DNA of 64,000 nt from Octopus sinensis (Eukaryota). The notes beneath the pieces were generated by a model, which made no database searches, was not told where the DNA came from, and worked only from the letters and a program-made list of their open reading frames with translations. A program made the position numbers and the translations under genes. Every line of letters starts with the position of its first letter. Position 1 is the first letter of the stretch. Positions 38,467 to 51,467 of this stretch are shown piece by piece. Location: assembly GCF_006345805.1 (NCBI RefSeq), contig NC_043001.1, positions 18,042,001-18,106,000 on the forward strand, read 5' to 3'.

Positions 38467-39558
38467 AATTGGTGAATAGAGATGAATGTCACCATTTTAG
38501 CCAAAATATTCCTAAATAGACTCAAGAATCCAATCCATGAAACATTACATGGAATTATATTATTGAACTCAGAACAGACTTATTCACTGATACCACAATA
38601 TGTTTAGTTTCCTGATAATCGTACTGGGAATACTTACCTGCATACCGACTGTCCCTAGCCCGAATTTGTTTCCTCATACCTTTCAGAAAATGGGCATTTT
38701 TTAATGAAATTTTCTACGCGCAGGCATGGCTGTGTGGTAAGTAGCTTTCTTCCCTACCACATGGTTCGGGGTTCACTCCCACTGCATGGCACCTTGGATA
38801 AATGACTTCTACTATAGGCCTGGGCCAACCAAAGCCTTTGGAGTGGATTTGGTAGATGGAAACTAAAAGAAGCCCGTCGCATATATTTATATTTATGTGT
38901 GTGTGTGTATGTGTCTGTGTTTGTGTGGTCCCCCTCCCCCCCCCCGCCTCCATTATTCTCAGTAAATATCATCTCTCTCATATAAATATACTTTTATTTT
39001 TATGTGTTGAAAAACAAACATTTATGCTTCAAACCAATATTAACGAGACACAAAAAAGTGACATAGTTATTTCCCTTATAGTAGGAGTTGTTTCCCTTGA
39101 AAACTGGCGTTTGTGTCGTTATTCTCGGTGTTTTCGTATTTAGTTGGTCCCAAAGTGATTTAACAGGTCGAACTCCTGCGTTGAAGCTCAAGAAATATAG
39201 TTATATCTCTCATTAAGATACACTGAAATATATCCCTATATAATAAACATTGAGTCCAAGCCGAAGTTGTCCTTAATATTTGCAGCAGTAATTAATTTAT
39301 TTAAAGATGTAACATGCTTACTCCTTTACTCTTTTACTTGTTTCAGTCATTTGACTGCGGCCATGCTGGAGCACCGCCTTTAATCGAGCAAATCGACTCC
39401 AGGACTTATTCTTTTGTAAGCCTAGTACTTATTCTATCGGTCACTTTTGCCGAACCGCTAAGTTACGGGGACGTAAACACAGCAGCATCGGTTGTCAAGC
39501 GACGTTGGGAGAACAAACACAGACACACAAACGTATGCACACACACACATACATACAT

Positions 39559-39638
<80 letters not shown>

Positions 39639-39818
39639 AATATACGACGGGCTTCTTTCAGTTTCCGTCTACCAAATCCACTCACAAGGCTTTGGTCGGC
39701 CCGAGGCTATAGTAGAAGACGCCCAAGATGCCACGCAGTGGGACTGAACCCGGAGCCAAGTGGTTGGTAAGCAAGCTACTTACTACACAGCCACTCCTAC
39801 GCCTAAAAGTAGCTTCAT

Positions 39819-39891
39819 TGGAGATTCCGGGTATCGATCCCGGTACCTTTCGTATGCCAAGCGAGCACCCTACCAACTGACCTAATTCCCC
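39819..39891 (-). pseudogene. tRNA-Ala-like pseudogene, anticodon position GGC
   Basis: GGGGAATTAGGTCAGTTGGTAGGGTGCTCGCTTGGCATACGAAAGGTACCGGGATCGATACCCGGAATCTCCA: T arm perfect, anticodon stem broken. Confidence 0.82.
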
Positions 39892-40232
39892 GGTCAATTA
39901 GAAAATTTTATCAATTTTAAATGGAAGCGTACTGGTGCCGATCCATTCGACTAAAAATTCTTCAATGCGGTGCTCCAGTATGACCGCAGTCTAATGTCTG
40001 AAACAAGCAAAAGATAAATATATAGAAGATTTGTGGTAAGATGGCGATCATAGTGATTATGCTGATGATAATGATGATGAAGGTGAAGTAGATGAAGGTG
40101 GCAGTTGTGGAGACGTCTATGGCAACGATGTAGTTAGTATTGGTAGTTAGACTGAGTTGGAATGCCTTCTATTATGATTACTAATAGAGGCCACCGATCT
40201 GAATCCAATCCCTTTACTAAACCTACTTATTT

Positions 40233-40467
40233 CTTATTTCTTTACTGCCCACAAGGGGCTAAACACAGAGGGGAAAAACAAGGACAGACAAAGGGATTAA
40301 GTCGATTACATCGACGCCACTGCGTAACTGGTACTTAATTTATCGACCCCAAAAGGATGAAAGGCAAAGTCGACCTATGCGGAATTTGTACTCAGAACAT
40401 AACGGCAGACGAAATACCGCTGAGCATTTCGCCCGGCGTGTTAACGTTTCTGCCAGCTCGCCACCTT
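40233..40467 (-). mobile_element. SINE family A
   Basis: TSD TTTACTAAAC(C/G)TACTTATTT (40213-40232, 40468-40487). Confidence 0.88.
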
Positions 40468-40657
40468 TTTACTAAACGTACTTATTTATCTGCTTCCAAG
40501 AGAACCACTTATGACAACCTCCTAATCTACATCGAAAGGAATGATCAAACGGTCTTGGCATCAGCTAAAACCAGCTTCCAAATCATACGGTAGTACAGAC
40601 AAATGATTGGAATATGTGTCTGTAATATTACTCGCGATTAGATCTTCGATTATGAAG

Positions 40658-40983
40658 GCTCGTGGCTTAGTGGTTAGGGTACTCGGCTCCCGATCGTAAC
40701 GTCGTGTGTTCGATTTCTGATGGCGGGTTGTCTCCTTCAACAGGATACTTTATTCCATGTTGCTCTAGTCAACTTAGTTCTCAAAAACGAGTGGTACTTA
40801 TATTTCAAAGGGCCAGTCTTGTCACATTCTGTGTCACGCTGAATCTCCTTGAGAACTACGTTAAGGGCATGCGTGTTTGTTGGGTGTTCAGTGTTCAGCT
40901 ACTTGCACGTAAATTTCACGAGCAGTCTGTTCCGTTGGTCGGATCAGCTGGAACCCTCGTCGTCGTAAGCGACGGAGTGCCAA
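40658..40983 (+). mobile_element. SINE family F
   Basis: tRNA-like head GTGGCTTAGTGGTTAGGG...GTTCGATT and shared body. Confidence 0.8.
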
Positions 40984-41026
40984 CAACAATGCTGAAATCG
41001 AGGCTGGCGCTCATTATTTTAAAGTT

Positions 41027-41290
41027 CTGACTGGGCTTGGAGTTACTAGTGCGGCAAAGAGGAGGGCTATAAGATCCATCACAAAAGCTGCAAAAAAGAC
41101 AACTTAGTGATTTTGGATAAAAAAGACCAGACAAGTGGATTGCTGCTGTTGGGATGCATGATGGGACTTGAACAATACCAGCTGGATCATGCGGGCGAGA
41201 TGGGGTGAGGGGGCTGACGATGACAGACCACCAAACACATTGAGACCACTCAATCCTCACTGACCGAGCATCCTAGAGCATCCAGAAGAA
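41027..41290 (+). mobile_element. Restriction-like-endonuclease non-LTR (HERO-like) 3' end fragment
   Basis: LTGLGVTSAAKRRAIRSITKAAKKT..FWIKK resembles the recalled HERO C-terminal pattern (LG..G..RRRAI..I.EAAE.AS.WLW.KR). Confidence 0.45.
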
Positions 41291-41987
41291 GCATCTGTAT
41301 GTGTGTGCGTGTGTGTGTGTGTATGTATATATATGTGTGTGTGTGTATGTATGTATATATATGTGTGTGTGTGTGTATGTATGTAGATATATGTGTGTGT
41401 GTATGTATGTATATATGTGTGTGTGTGTATGTATGTATATATATGTGTATGTGTGTGTGTGTGTATGTAGATATATTTGTGTGTGTGTGTATGTAATATG
41501 TGTGTGTGTGTGTGTGTGTATGTATGTGCATGATGGTGGATCTCCGTCGTTCAACGATGAGGAACCTGTTGTTCGGTCAACTGAATAACTTGATTCTGAA
41601 TTAACTGGCTGAGTATTCCACAGACATGTGGAACCTGAACGCAATCCGCAAACACAATCAGAATGCCGCAGTGTGTGACCAAGCTGTATCTTTTGAATTA
41701 AGGAGGCAATCCTCCCATCACCGACGGGTTTCTCCAGTTTTCGTCCACCCGATTTCACTCACAAGGTATGAGCAGAACTGAGGCTATAGAAAGTGAGGGA
41801 ATATAAATTTGACCAAAATGGCATGTAGTGGAATCGAACTCGGGACCTCCTGATTACGAAGCGATATTCTCAACCATTCGAGTATTTATACGCGTGTGCG
41901 TATGCGTGGGCACTTGTGCATGTGTGAATGCATGCATATGGGTATGTGTGTACGTATGCATTTTATGCATGTATATACACACATGTA

Positions 41988-42313
41988 GGCGCAATGGCCC
42001 AGTGGTTAGGGCAGCGGACTCGCGGTTGTAGGATCGCGGTTTCGATTCCCAGACCGGGCGTTGTGAGTGTTTATTGAGCGAAAACACCTAAAACTCCACG
42101 AGGCTCCGACAGGGGATGGTGGCGATCCCTACTGTACTCTTTCGCCACAACTTTCTCTCACTCTTTCTTCTGTTGGCCTGCTCGCTTAGCCAGCGGGGTG
42201 GCGTCATTTGAAGGCTAAAAACAATGCGAAGCTGGTCACAATGCGCTTCGCATTGTGACCAGCGATGTGTAGCAACATCTGATAGCCTGGTCGGTCACGG
42301 TGATCACGGTGAT
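41988..42313 (+). mobile_element. SINE family C, full length
   Basis: Head GGCGCAATGGCCCAGTGGTTAGGGCAGCGGACTCGCGG...GTTTCGATTCCC is tRNA-Arg-like. Confidence 0.87.
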
Positions 42314-42985
42314 ATACACACACGCACTTACACGTACGCGCGCACATGCACACATACACATGCGCACTCACACACACATACACACACAGAGAAAGAGAGA
42401 GAAGGAGGGGAAGAGAGATGAGGGAGGGGAGGGTGAACGATAAGAGTGAAAAGTAGAAATTGTAATAACTGTATGCGAATTTTGTGGTTCAGCTTTGGGT
42501 TACATTTGATTGAATAAACTTAAAATCACATAGATCTAGCACTCACTCTTTTTATTGGCTATCTAAGACTACGTGATATACTACGTAGTTTTTTGTTTGT
42601 TTTTTTTCTTTTTAAGACGGTGTACTCGGACTTGAAAAAAGATTTGGCTGCTATTTCTAGCAGGTTGTGAGCCCGTTTGTAGTAGTTTTTCCAAGGGAAA
42701 TAACTCTGTAAGAAATATTTTTGACTGATCTCCCTTGCTGGTTGACTTTTTTTTTAATTATACTTTTTATTAAAATTAAGGATTCGTCTTTTGCTTCTTA
42801 AAAGGAAGAGAAACATCAGAAAATAAAAAGAGTAACTTGATATTTTATAATATATTTATAATTATATTAATACAATTGGGTAAAAAAAGATTGCTTTGGC
42901 ATTCGGAGTTTTCTCTAACATAGATTTTATTTTTAATTTATTATTATATATTTCCCTTTCGTTGATATACACTCGTGTGTATGTA

Positions 42986-43016
<31 letters not shown>

Positions 43017-43132
43017 AATAGAGGGAGTATGTGTGTGAGAGAGAGAGAGAGAGAAATAGACGGAGTGTGTGTGAGAGAGAGAGAGAAATAGAGAGTGTGC
43101 GTGTGCGTATATACGTGTACGCATACATACAT

Positions 43133-43236
43133 ACATACATACATACATACATACATACATACATACATACATACATACATACATACATACATACATACAT
43201 ACATACATACATACATACATACATACATACATACAT
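43133..43236. repeat. (CATA)n microsatellite
   Basis: Direct observation. Confidence 0.97.
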
Positions 43237-44587
43237 TCTTCAACGATTCCTTATAAATGAAACGTTTTATCCATTATGACACAGGCACTGGTACAACCAC
43301 TTCAAATCAGAATAAGCCAGAAATATAGATATGAACATAAAAGTTTAATTCAACATTTTACGAACCTTTAAAAAAAATAGGAAAATATCATCTCTCTCTC
43401 TCTCACACACACACACGCACAATGGACTTCTTTCAATTTTCATCTGCCCAATCCACTCATAAGGCTTTGCTTAGCCCAAGACTATCATAGAAGACACTTG
43501 GCTAAGATGGTGCCACACACTAGGACTGAACCCAGATCCATGTGGCTGGGAATCAAATGTCTTACCGCAGCCACACCTGCATCTTCTGTTGAACTTGATG
43601 CTTGAATTTATAATGGATGGCAAGGTTTGCGATATCGGAAGAATATCGCCTTCTTCCATTATCTCTTTTTGCTCTTTGTGCAGTTCAAGCTTCCGGCAGG
43701 CAAGGAGAGAAGACTTCAAGTACAAATGCTATTTACAACTGGTTTACTTACAGGTTTCACAGGATAGGTTAAGTGTGCTGCTCTCAGCAACCATTTTTAG
43801 CTGTGTGCGTTGTGTAGTAGATCCCTTAGTGCGGGCACATTGCCTCTGGAGGTACAACATACAGACAGGCCCAGCCAAAAGAGTGCGCTCAGCAAGCGCT
43901 GCTGCTAAGAGGCAGACAGAAGAGGCAGCAAAGAGAGACAGCAAAAGAGGAAGAATCTCAATCTGCTTTGCCCTTATAAACAGTTTGCCATCGCGAGCCT
44001 CGTTGTGATCTCGTGCATGGCAAATGGATGCAGGTGAGGTCTCGCTCCAGTCTCGGAGATGACGATGTCCACCACGAGATCTCATCCAATATGGTGCTGA
44101 CTGCTTGTGCCACAAATTCTTATGTAAGATCACTATAGTACTTGAACCAAAAACTGAGGCAGATTTGATGACTCGTAGACATTGAGCATCATGATGAAAA
44201 GAACCCTAAGACTCTTGGTTGTTTGAGCTAGAGAACCTTCCCAGTATGTTGAATCCCTCTAAACATCTTTCTTCAACAACCTAAGTATAAAGCATCTTTC
44301 TCTGTTAAGGGGGTGCAAATTTCACCATCCACCAGGGTCGGCTCAAGGTACCAGCAACTTGGTCAGTCACCTGGAGCACCATGTACTAGGAGGTCCCAGG
44401 GAGGCCATAACAACAACAAGGAAATTTCCATGACTGTCAGCTTGTACTCACCAAAGTTCAGCTTGTACTCACCAAAGTTCAGCTTGCCCAGGACACAAGC
44501 AACCCTAGGGTTGGCCCTGCTTTCCACTATTTAAAGATCATGAAATGAACCTGAATCTCACACTTTACAAGAAATACAGGAAGAAAC

Positions 44588-45400
44588 AGTCAGGTGTGGC
44601 TGTGTGGTAAGAAGTTTGCTTCCTAACCACATGATTCCAAGTTCAGCCCCACTGCAAGGCAAACTGGGCACGTATGTTCTATTATAGCTCCAGGCTGACC
44701 CAAGCCCTTTGAGTTAATTCAAAGGACAGAAACTTGAAGAAGCTGGCAGAAACGTTAGCATGCCAGGAGAAATATTTAGCGGTATTTTGTCTGCTGTTAC
44801 GTTCTGAGTTCAACTTCCACCAAGGTCGCCTTTGCCTTTCATCCTTTCAGGATTGATTTAATAAGTACCAGTTATGCACTGGGGTCGATGTAATCGACTT
44901 AATACCTATGCCTGCCCTTGTTTGGCCCCTCTATGTTTAGCCCTTGTGGGTAATAAAGAAATAGGTATTTTGTCTGCTGTTACGTTCTGAGTTCAAATTC
45001 CGCTGAGGTCGACTTTGCCTTTCATCCTTTCGGGGTCAATAAATTAAGTACCAGTTACGCACTGGGGTCGATGTAATCGACTTAATCCCTTTGTCTGTCC
45101 TTGCTTGTCCCCTCTGTGTTTAGCCTCCTGTGGGCAATAAGGAAATAAGAAAATCAAAGAAGCCTGTCATGAGTGTGTGTGTGTCTTCGTGTCTATACTT
45201 GTCCCCACCATTGCTTGACAACTGGTGTTGGTGTGTTTACATCCCTGTAACTTAGCAGTTTGGCAAAAGAGACCAATAGAATAAGGACCAAGCTTAAAAA
45301 TGAAAATAAGCATCGGGATCAATTTGTTTGACTATAATTCTTCCAGGTGGTGCCCCAGCATGGCCACAGTCTAATGACTAAAATGAATCAAAGATAAAGG
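44588..45400 (+). mobile_element. Family B SINE interrupted by a family A dimer (44742-45152)
   Basis: B head, two A units, B tail. Confidence 0.8.
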
Positions 45401-45534
45401 ATACTGACTGGCTTATGTAAAACTACCTTTCAATGACACCACCTTGCCCTCTTAGATTCCATTGCTTGTTCTTCCTTGTGTAGAAGAACAAAGCATGATG
45501 ATACAATAATACCTTCACAAAGGTCACTCAGGTA

Positions 45535-45990
45535 CGTCATCATCATCATCGTCATTTAATGTCCATGCTGGCATAGGTTGGATGGTTTGCTGAGGGCTGG
45601 TGAGCCAGAAGGCTACACCAGGCTCCAATCTGATCTGGCAACATTTCTACAGATGGGTGCCCTTCCTAAAGCCAACCACTCCGCGAGAGTAGTGGGTGCT
45701 TTTTACGTGCCACCAGCACAAGGGTCAGTCATGTGATACTGGCATTGGCCACGTTTGGGTGTTGCTTTTTACGAGTAACTGTCACAGGAGCCAGTCAGGC
45801 AGCCTGGCAATGACCACACTCAAATGGTGCTTTTTACATGCCACCGGCACAGGACCAGTCAGCCAGTTCCGGCATCGACCATGCTCAAATGGTGCTTTTT
45901 ATGTGCCCCCAGCACAGGAGCCAGTCAGGTGTCACTGGCAATGGTCACGCTCAAGTGGTGCTTTTTACATGCCACTGGCATGGGACCAGT
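45535..45990 (-). mobile_element. SINE-like family E ((GAT)n tail, GGAAGGGCATCC motif, internal ~45-50 bp repeats); other copies 47445-47790, 53300-53795, 55745-55930 minus, 56175-56540 plus
   Basis: Shared CCAACCCATGCTAGCATGGAAAGCGGACGTTAAA(T/C)GATGATG end and TGGTGCTTTTTACGTGCCACCGGCAC repeats. Confidence 0.8.
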
Positions 45991-46489
45991 CTTGAAAAAT
46001 ACTATAAGTATTGCCTTTCTTGGACTTTGTGATTATTGTGTGCCAGCTGTTGGTCTTTTTTTTTTACCCAAGTTACTGAATGCTAAGACATCTTCATGGA
46101 TAGAAAATAAAAGAACCAGAAACCATTATTGCTGACAATGCCTTAACCTTATCAGAAATGGATAACTTTATCACCATTATTTTGTTGCATCAAAGCATCA
46201 TCATCGTCCAACATCCACTTTCCATACCACCACTGACTGGTACCAATATCAGACTTCTTACTGCAGTGAAAATTTATCATGTTTTCCCACGTTTCATGGC
46301 GCTGACTAAATATTCTAAGCAGTTTATCTGGGTGAGCTGGTCTTTCACACACCGACACCCATTTGACACCTTGGCTATCCTGTAATTCCTCGCTGACCCT
46401 TAGGGTGTCCACCGGACCACCTTTGGTGACCTCCAATGTTTAAATGTGTATATATCTGAGGGTGTGTGTGAGTAGTATATGTTTGTTAT

Positions 46490-46902
46490 TTCTTAATTGC
46501 CCACAAGGAGCTAAACTTAGATAGGACAAGCAAGGATAGACAAATGGATTAAGTCGATTGTATCGACCCCAGTACGTAACTGGTACTTATTTAATCGACC
46601 CCGAAAGGATGAAAGGCAAAGTTGACCTCAGCAGAATTTGAACTCAGAACGTAGCAGCAGACGAAATACCTATTTCTTTACTTCCCACAAGGGGCTAAAC
46701 ACAGAGAGGACAAACAAGGACAGACAAACGGATTAAGTCGATTATATCAACCCCAGTGTGTAACTGGTACTTATTTAATCGACCCCGAAAGGATGAAAGG
46801 CAAAGTCAACCTCGGTGGAATTCGAACTCAGAACGTAACGGCAGACGAAATACCGCTAAGCATTTCGCCCGGCGCACTAACGTTTCTACCAGCTCGCCGC
46901 CT
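46490..46902 (-). mobile_element. SINE family A dimer (others 48295-48905, 49608-50090, 51853-52336 plus; 57187-57590 minus)
   Basis: Head plus ~183 bp units. Confidence 0.85.
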
Positions 46903-49127
46903 TGGGTAGTGAATGTTTGTGCCTCCTTCTCTAGTTGTAAATGAGCCATATTGTCATACAGGCATTGTCTTTCAATTCCAGAATTCTGCAAAAATGCGTG
47001 TGTGTGTGTGTGTCTGCGTGTGTCAAGTAGGGGATCATGTATGGATAAGTCTTTTATTTTTTCCTATCTTATTTTATCACCAAATCACAATTCTGCTATT
47101 TTAAGTATGTACTGCTTACCTAATCAGCTTCGAACAAATAGGTTAATGAACTAATTTAATTCATTAGTGTATCAGTGCATGTAAATGGTGTCAATATTTT
47201 TTAGGATTCATGACTTATTTTTATGTTGTTTGCAAAAGTCCTTATTCTGAGAATGACCAGGTGTTGCCATCATCATCATCATCATCACCATGGCTTGTCA
47301 TTGTAAAAATGAGTTGTACCTGTATTTCAAAGGGTCAGCCATTCTGTGTCACACTGAATCTCCCTGAGAACTATGTTAAGGGCACGCGTGTCTGTGAAAC
47401 ACTCAGCCACTTGCATGTTAGTTTCATGGCCAGACAGTAATAATTCATCATCATCATCATCATTATCATCGTTTAACATCTGCTTTCCATGCTAGCATGG
47501 GTTGGACGATTTTGACTGAGGGCTGGTGAACCAGATGGCTGCACCAGGCTCCAATCTTAATTCCCTTCCTAACACCAACCACTCCAGGAGTGTAGTGGGT
47601 GCTTTTTATGTGCCACCAGGACTGGGGCCAGTCAGGCAGTACTGGCAACGACCTCACTCAAATCTTTTTACACATGCTACCAGCACAGGTGCCAGTAAGG
47701 CGACGTTGGTAACGATTACGCTCAAATGGTGCCCTTTTATGTGCCACTGGCATGGAAGCCAGTTAGATTCACTCCCTAATGCCAAATCCTTTTAATTGTT
47801 CCAAACCTGAAATATATATAGTCATTATCCTATAAGCATTGACCAACAAATCTTAAAGCTGAGAATCAACAACATCTAAGTATTTTAAGCAGTTTATCTG
47901 GGTGAGCTAGTCTTTCACACGTTGATACCCATTTGACACCTTGGCTATCATCGATCCCCTGTAATTTCTCACTGACCCTTAGGAGGTCCACCAGACCCCC
48001 TAATGGTAAGGAGTCTGCAAGAGTCACAACCACTTCTTCCCCTCCTCTGACTAAGTTATGCATACAAAGTTTGAGTTTTCTGTGCTGTCAAATACCATTT
48101 TCATTTAAGCATCTCACTTCAAATCCAAGCAAGACTGTTGTATTCAGGAAACTGCAAAAGAAAGTAAAAAGCAAGTTCCACATCATAGACCTAGCACAGA
48201 TATGAAGGAATGGCTTAAGCAGAGATTACCGAAAAGACCTTCCTTGGCGTTTTTTATCTTTTACTTGTTTCAGTCATTATATTCAGACCATAGAGGCAGC
48301 AAGCTGGCAGAAACTTTAGCACACCGGGCGAAGCGATTAGTGGTATTTCATCGGTCTTTACGTTCTGAGTTCAAATTCCACCAAGGTCGATTTTGCCTTT
48401 CATACTTCAAGGTCGATAAATTAAATACTAGTTGTGCACTGGGGTCAATCTAATCAACTGACCCCCTCCCCAAAAATTTCGGGTCTAGTGCCTTGAGTAG
48501 AAAAGACACATTAGCACACAGGGTGAAACGCTTAGTGGTATTTCATCTGTCTTTATGTTCTGAGTTCAAATTCCACCGAGGCCGATTTTGCCTTTCATCC
48601 TTTCCGGGTCGATAAATTAAATACCAGTTGTGCACTGGGGTTGATCTAATCGACTAGCCCTCTCTCCAAAAATTTTGGGTCTAGTGCCTTGAGTAGAAAA
48701 GAGATGTTAGTACACAGGGCAAAACGCTTAGCAGTATTTCGTCTGTCTTTACAGTCTGAGTTCAAATTTTACCAAAGTCGATTTTGCCTTTCATCCTTTT
48801 GGGGTTGATAAATTAAGTACCAGTTATGTACTGGAGTTGATCTAATCGTTTGCCCCCCCCCCAAAAAAAAAACCATTTTGGGCCTTGTGCCTAGAGTAGG
48901 AAAGATTATATTCAGACCATACTGGTGCATGATTTTCAAGGATTCAATTGCACAAATCATACCCAGGACTTCTGTTTTTTAACAAAAGCCTCTTGCGCTG
49001 AACCACTTACTTAGAGGAACATAAGCAAACTGACACAAGTTGTGAAGAGGCTGTCATGAGCAAACACACACATACATATCTATGACAGGTTTCTTTCAGT
49101 TTCAGTCTACTAGATCCACTTACAAAG

Positions 49128-49572
49128 TGTGGGAAGTGAGGTTGGCACTGGATGGGTGCCTCACAATTCCTTACATAGTCATGGAAAGGAAAATAGCGGA
49201 AACAAGAATCTCCGAACAAATAACAATATTTATTTTTCTGTCCATACAAGTGTTGCATCTCTGGACAATCAGTAGCCAAGTTGCCTTGGTGTGGAAACAG
49301 CAGAGTCGGTTTAATCGCAATTGTGAAGGCATTCTTCACAGACTCGTAACGTCGCTCGCCGTCAGAATTCCAGCTCCATGGAGCTGGTCTAAGTTGTGTC
49401 CTGTCTGGTCAGAAGCCGAGGTCGAAGAGAGAGAATGGTGGTCAAGCCTAGCTGCTGCTGATGACTGCGCATGCGCATAAGGGGCTTCCGACAGGCCTTC
49501 CGGAAGGCTCTAATCCCTGTGCATGCATGGAAGAAAATCCCAAAATGGCGTCTGGAACCAGGCGTCACTACA
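49128..49572 (-). mobile_element. Solo LTR (Gypsy-type, 445 bp) inserted in a family B SINE
   Basis: TG...CA termini, 4 bp TSD AAAG (49124-49127, 49573-49576), minus-strand AATAAA at 49229-49234; host SINE resumes after it. Confidence 0.82.
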
Positions 49573-51165
49573 AAAGCTTTGGTCAACCTAAGGCTATAAT
49601 AGATGACAGCAGTGATCTGGCAGAAACGTTAGCACGCCGGGCGAAATGCGTGGCCGTATTTTATCTGTTGTTACGTTCCGAGTTCAAATTCCGCCGAGGT
49701 CAACTTTGCCTTTCATTCTTTCGGGGTCAATAAATTAAGTACCAGTTACGCACTGGCGGTGATGTAATCGACTTAATCCGTTTGTCTGTCCTTGTTTGTC
49801 CCCTCTGTGTTTAGCCCCTTGTGAGCAATAAAGAAATATATAATAAATGACACATTAAGGTGGCGAGATGGCAGAAACGTTAGTGCGCCGGGCGAAATGC
49901 TTAGAAGTATTTCGTCTGTCGTTATGTTCTGAGTTCACATTTCGCCGAGGTCGACTTTGCCTTTCATCCTTTCAGGGTTAATAAAGTACCAGTTTCACAC
50001 TGGGGTTGATATAATCGACTTAATCCTTTTGTCTGTCCTTGTTTGTCCCCTCTATGTTTAGCCTCTTGTGGGCAGTAAAGAAATATATATATAATAGATG
50101 ACAATCACCCAGGGTGCTACACAAAGGGGACTTTATATAGCACTCCCAAGATGGAATCAATCAACCTTGATTCTGATAGTGTTTGTTTATTGGTAATTAA
50201 TTTAGAATTCAAAGACTTGGCTGAGATGGTGAAGGGCTAACTATTCATGTGCTGTAGGGATAAATATTCTTGACCATCTTGGTAGAATAAATGTTGTTTG
50301 AGATTCTGGGCTTCATCAGGGCTTTTATGAGGTAACTCTAACATGTCACCCTGCTTAACACCACCACCTGATCTTTGAATGGCTTTAGCAATGCTTACCT
50401 TTTTGTTAACATCTGGTCAAGACCCACCCACCTATGACCTTCCCTACCTACGTTTATCCTGCTGGTATTGAACAGCAGATATTCAATCAGGAACTGAACT
50501 ACAATCAATCTCACCAGAATGAAGGGACAAGCAAAGGTCACAGGCACTGCCCTGATTCCTTGACATATAGTCTTTTAATCTTTTACTCGTATCAGTCATT
50601 TGATTGTGGCCATGCTGGAGCACCACCTTTAGTTGAACAAATCGACCCCAGGACTTATTCTTTGTAAGCCTAGTTACTTATACTATCAGTCACTATTAGA
50701 CGAACTGCTAAGTAATAGGGACGTAAACACACCAACATCGGTTGTCAAACGATGGTGAGAGGACACAAACACACAGACACAAATAAACAAATACATACAT
50801 ATATATATATATATTGAGAGAGAGAGAGAGAGTGAGAGAAAGAGAGAGAGAGCAATAAGAAAACGGGGGGGGGTCAATAGGTGGCATTCATCAACTTTTA
50901 GATATTATATTATGTCAATTTATTTATTTATTTACTAAAATGATAATTACAACAATATACATACATGTATAACATATTATGCTTTACATATGTAATATAT
51001 AAAATACCAGTAATTATTAAAATATATAACATACAGGAATAGAAATTGGGAAAATATCTTACAGCTGTTTATAAACACGATGGGCTTCTTTCAGTTTCTG
51101 TCTACCAAATCCACTCCCAAGGCTTTGGTCGGCCCAAGGCTATAGTAGAAGACACTTGCCCAAGG

Positions 51166-51467
51166 TTGTTTGTTCCTTCTCAAGCAACGCTTGGCTCATA
51201 AGGGCCGGTTTCCTGGTTTCCTTGGTGTATAGGTTCCCCATCAGGATGGGACGCCGGTCCATCGCAGGTGAGCTGCAAGATGCAGGAGGAAAGAGTAAGA
51301 GAAAGTTGTGGCGAAAGAGTCAGCAGAAGTTCGCCATTACCTTCTGCCGGAGCCGCGTGGAGCTTAGGTGTTTCGCTCATAAACACACACATTGCCCGGA
51401 CTGAGATTCAAACCCGCGACCCCTCAACCGCGAGTCCGATGCTCTAACCACTAGGCCATGTGCCTCC
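51166..51467 (-). mobile_element. SINE family D nested in a family B SINE
   Basis: 14 bp TSD ACACTTGCCCAAGG (51152-51165, 51468-51481); tRNA-like head GGAGGCACATGGCCTAGTGGTTAG. Confidence 0.9.

Noticed and set aside
38630-38640. ATACTTACCTG (U1 snRNA 5' end)
   Set aside because: Only 11 nt match; the rest of U1 and the Sm site are absent.
43754-44033. Apparent exon (TTACAG acceptor, CAG|GTGAGG donor)
   Set aside because: Stops in all frames; weak resemblance to a decayed RTE 3' end instead.
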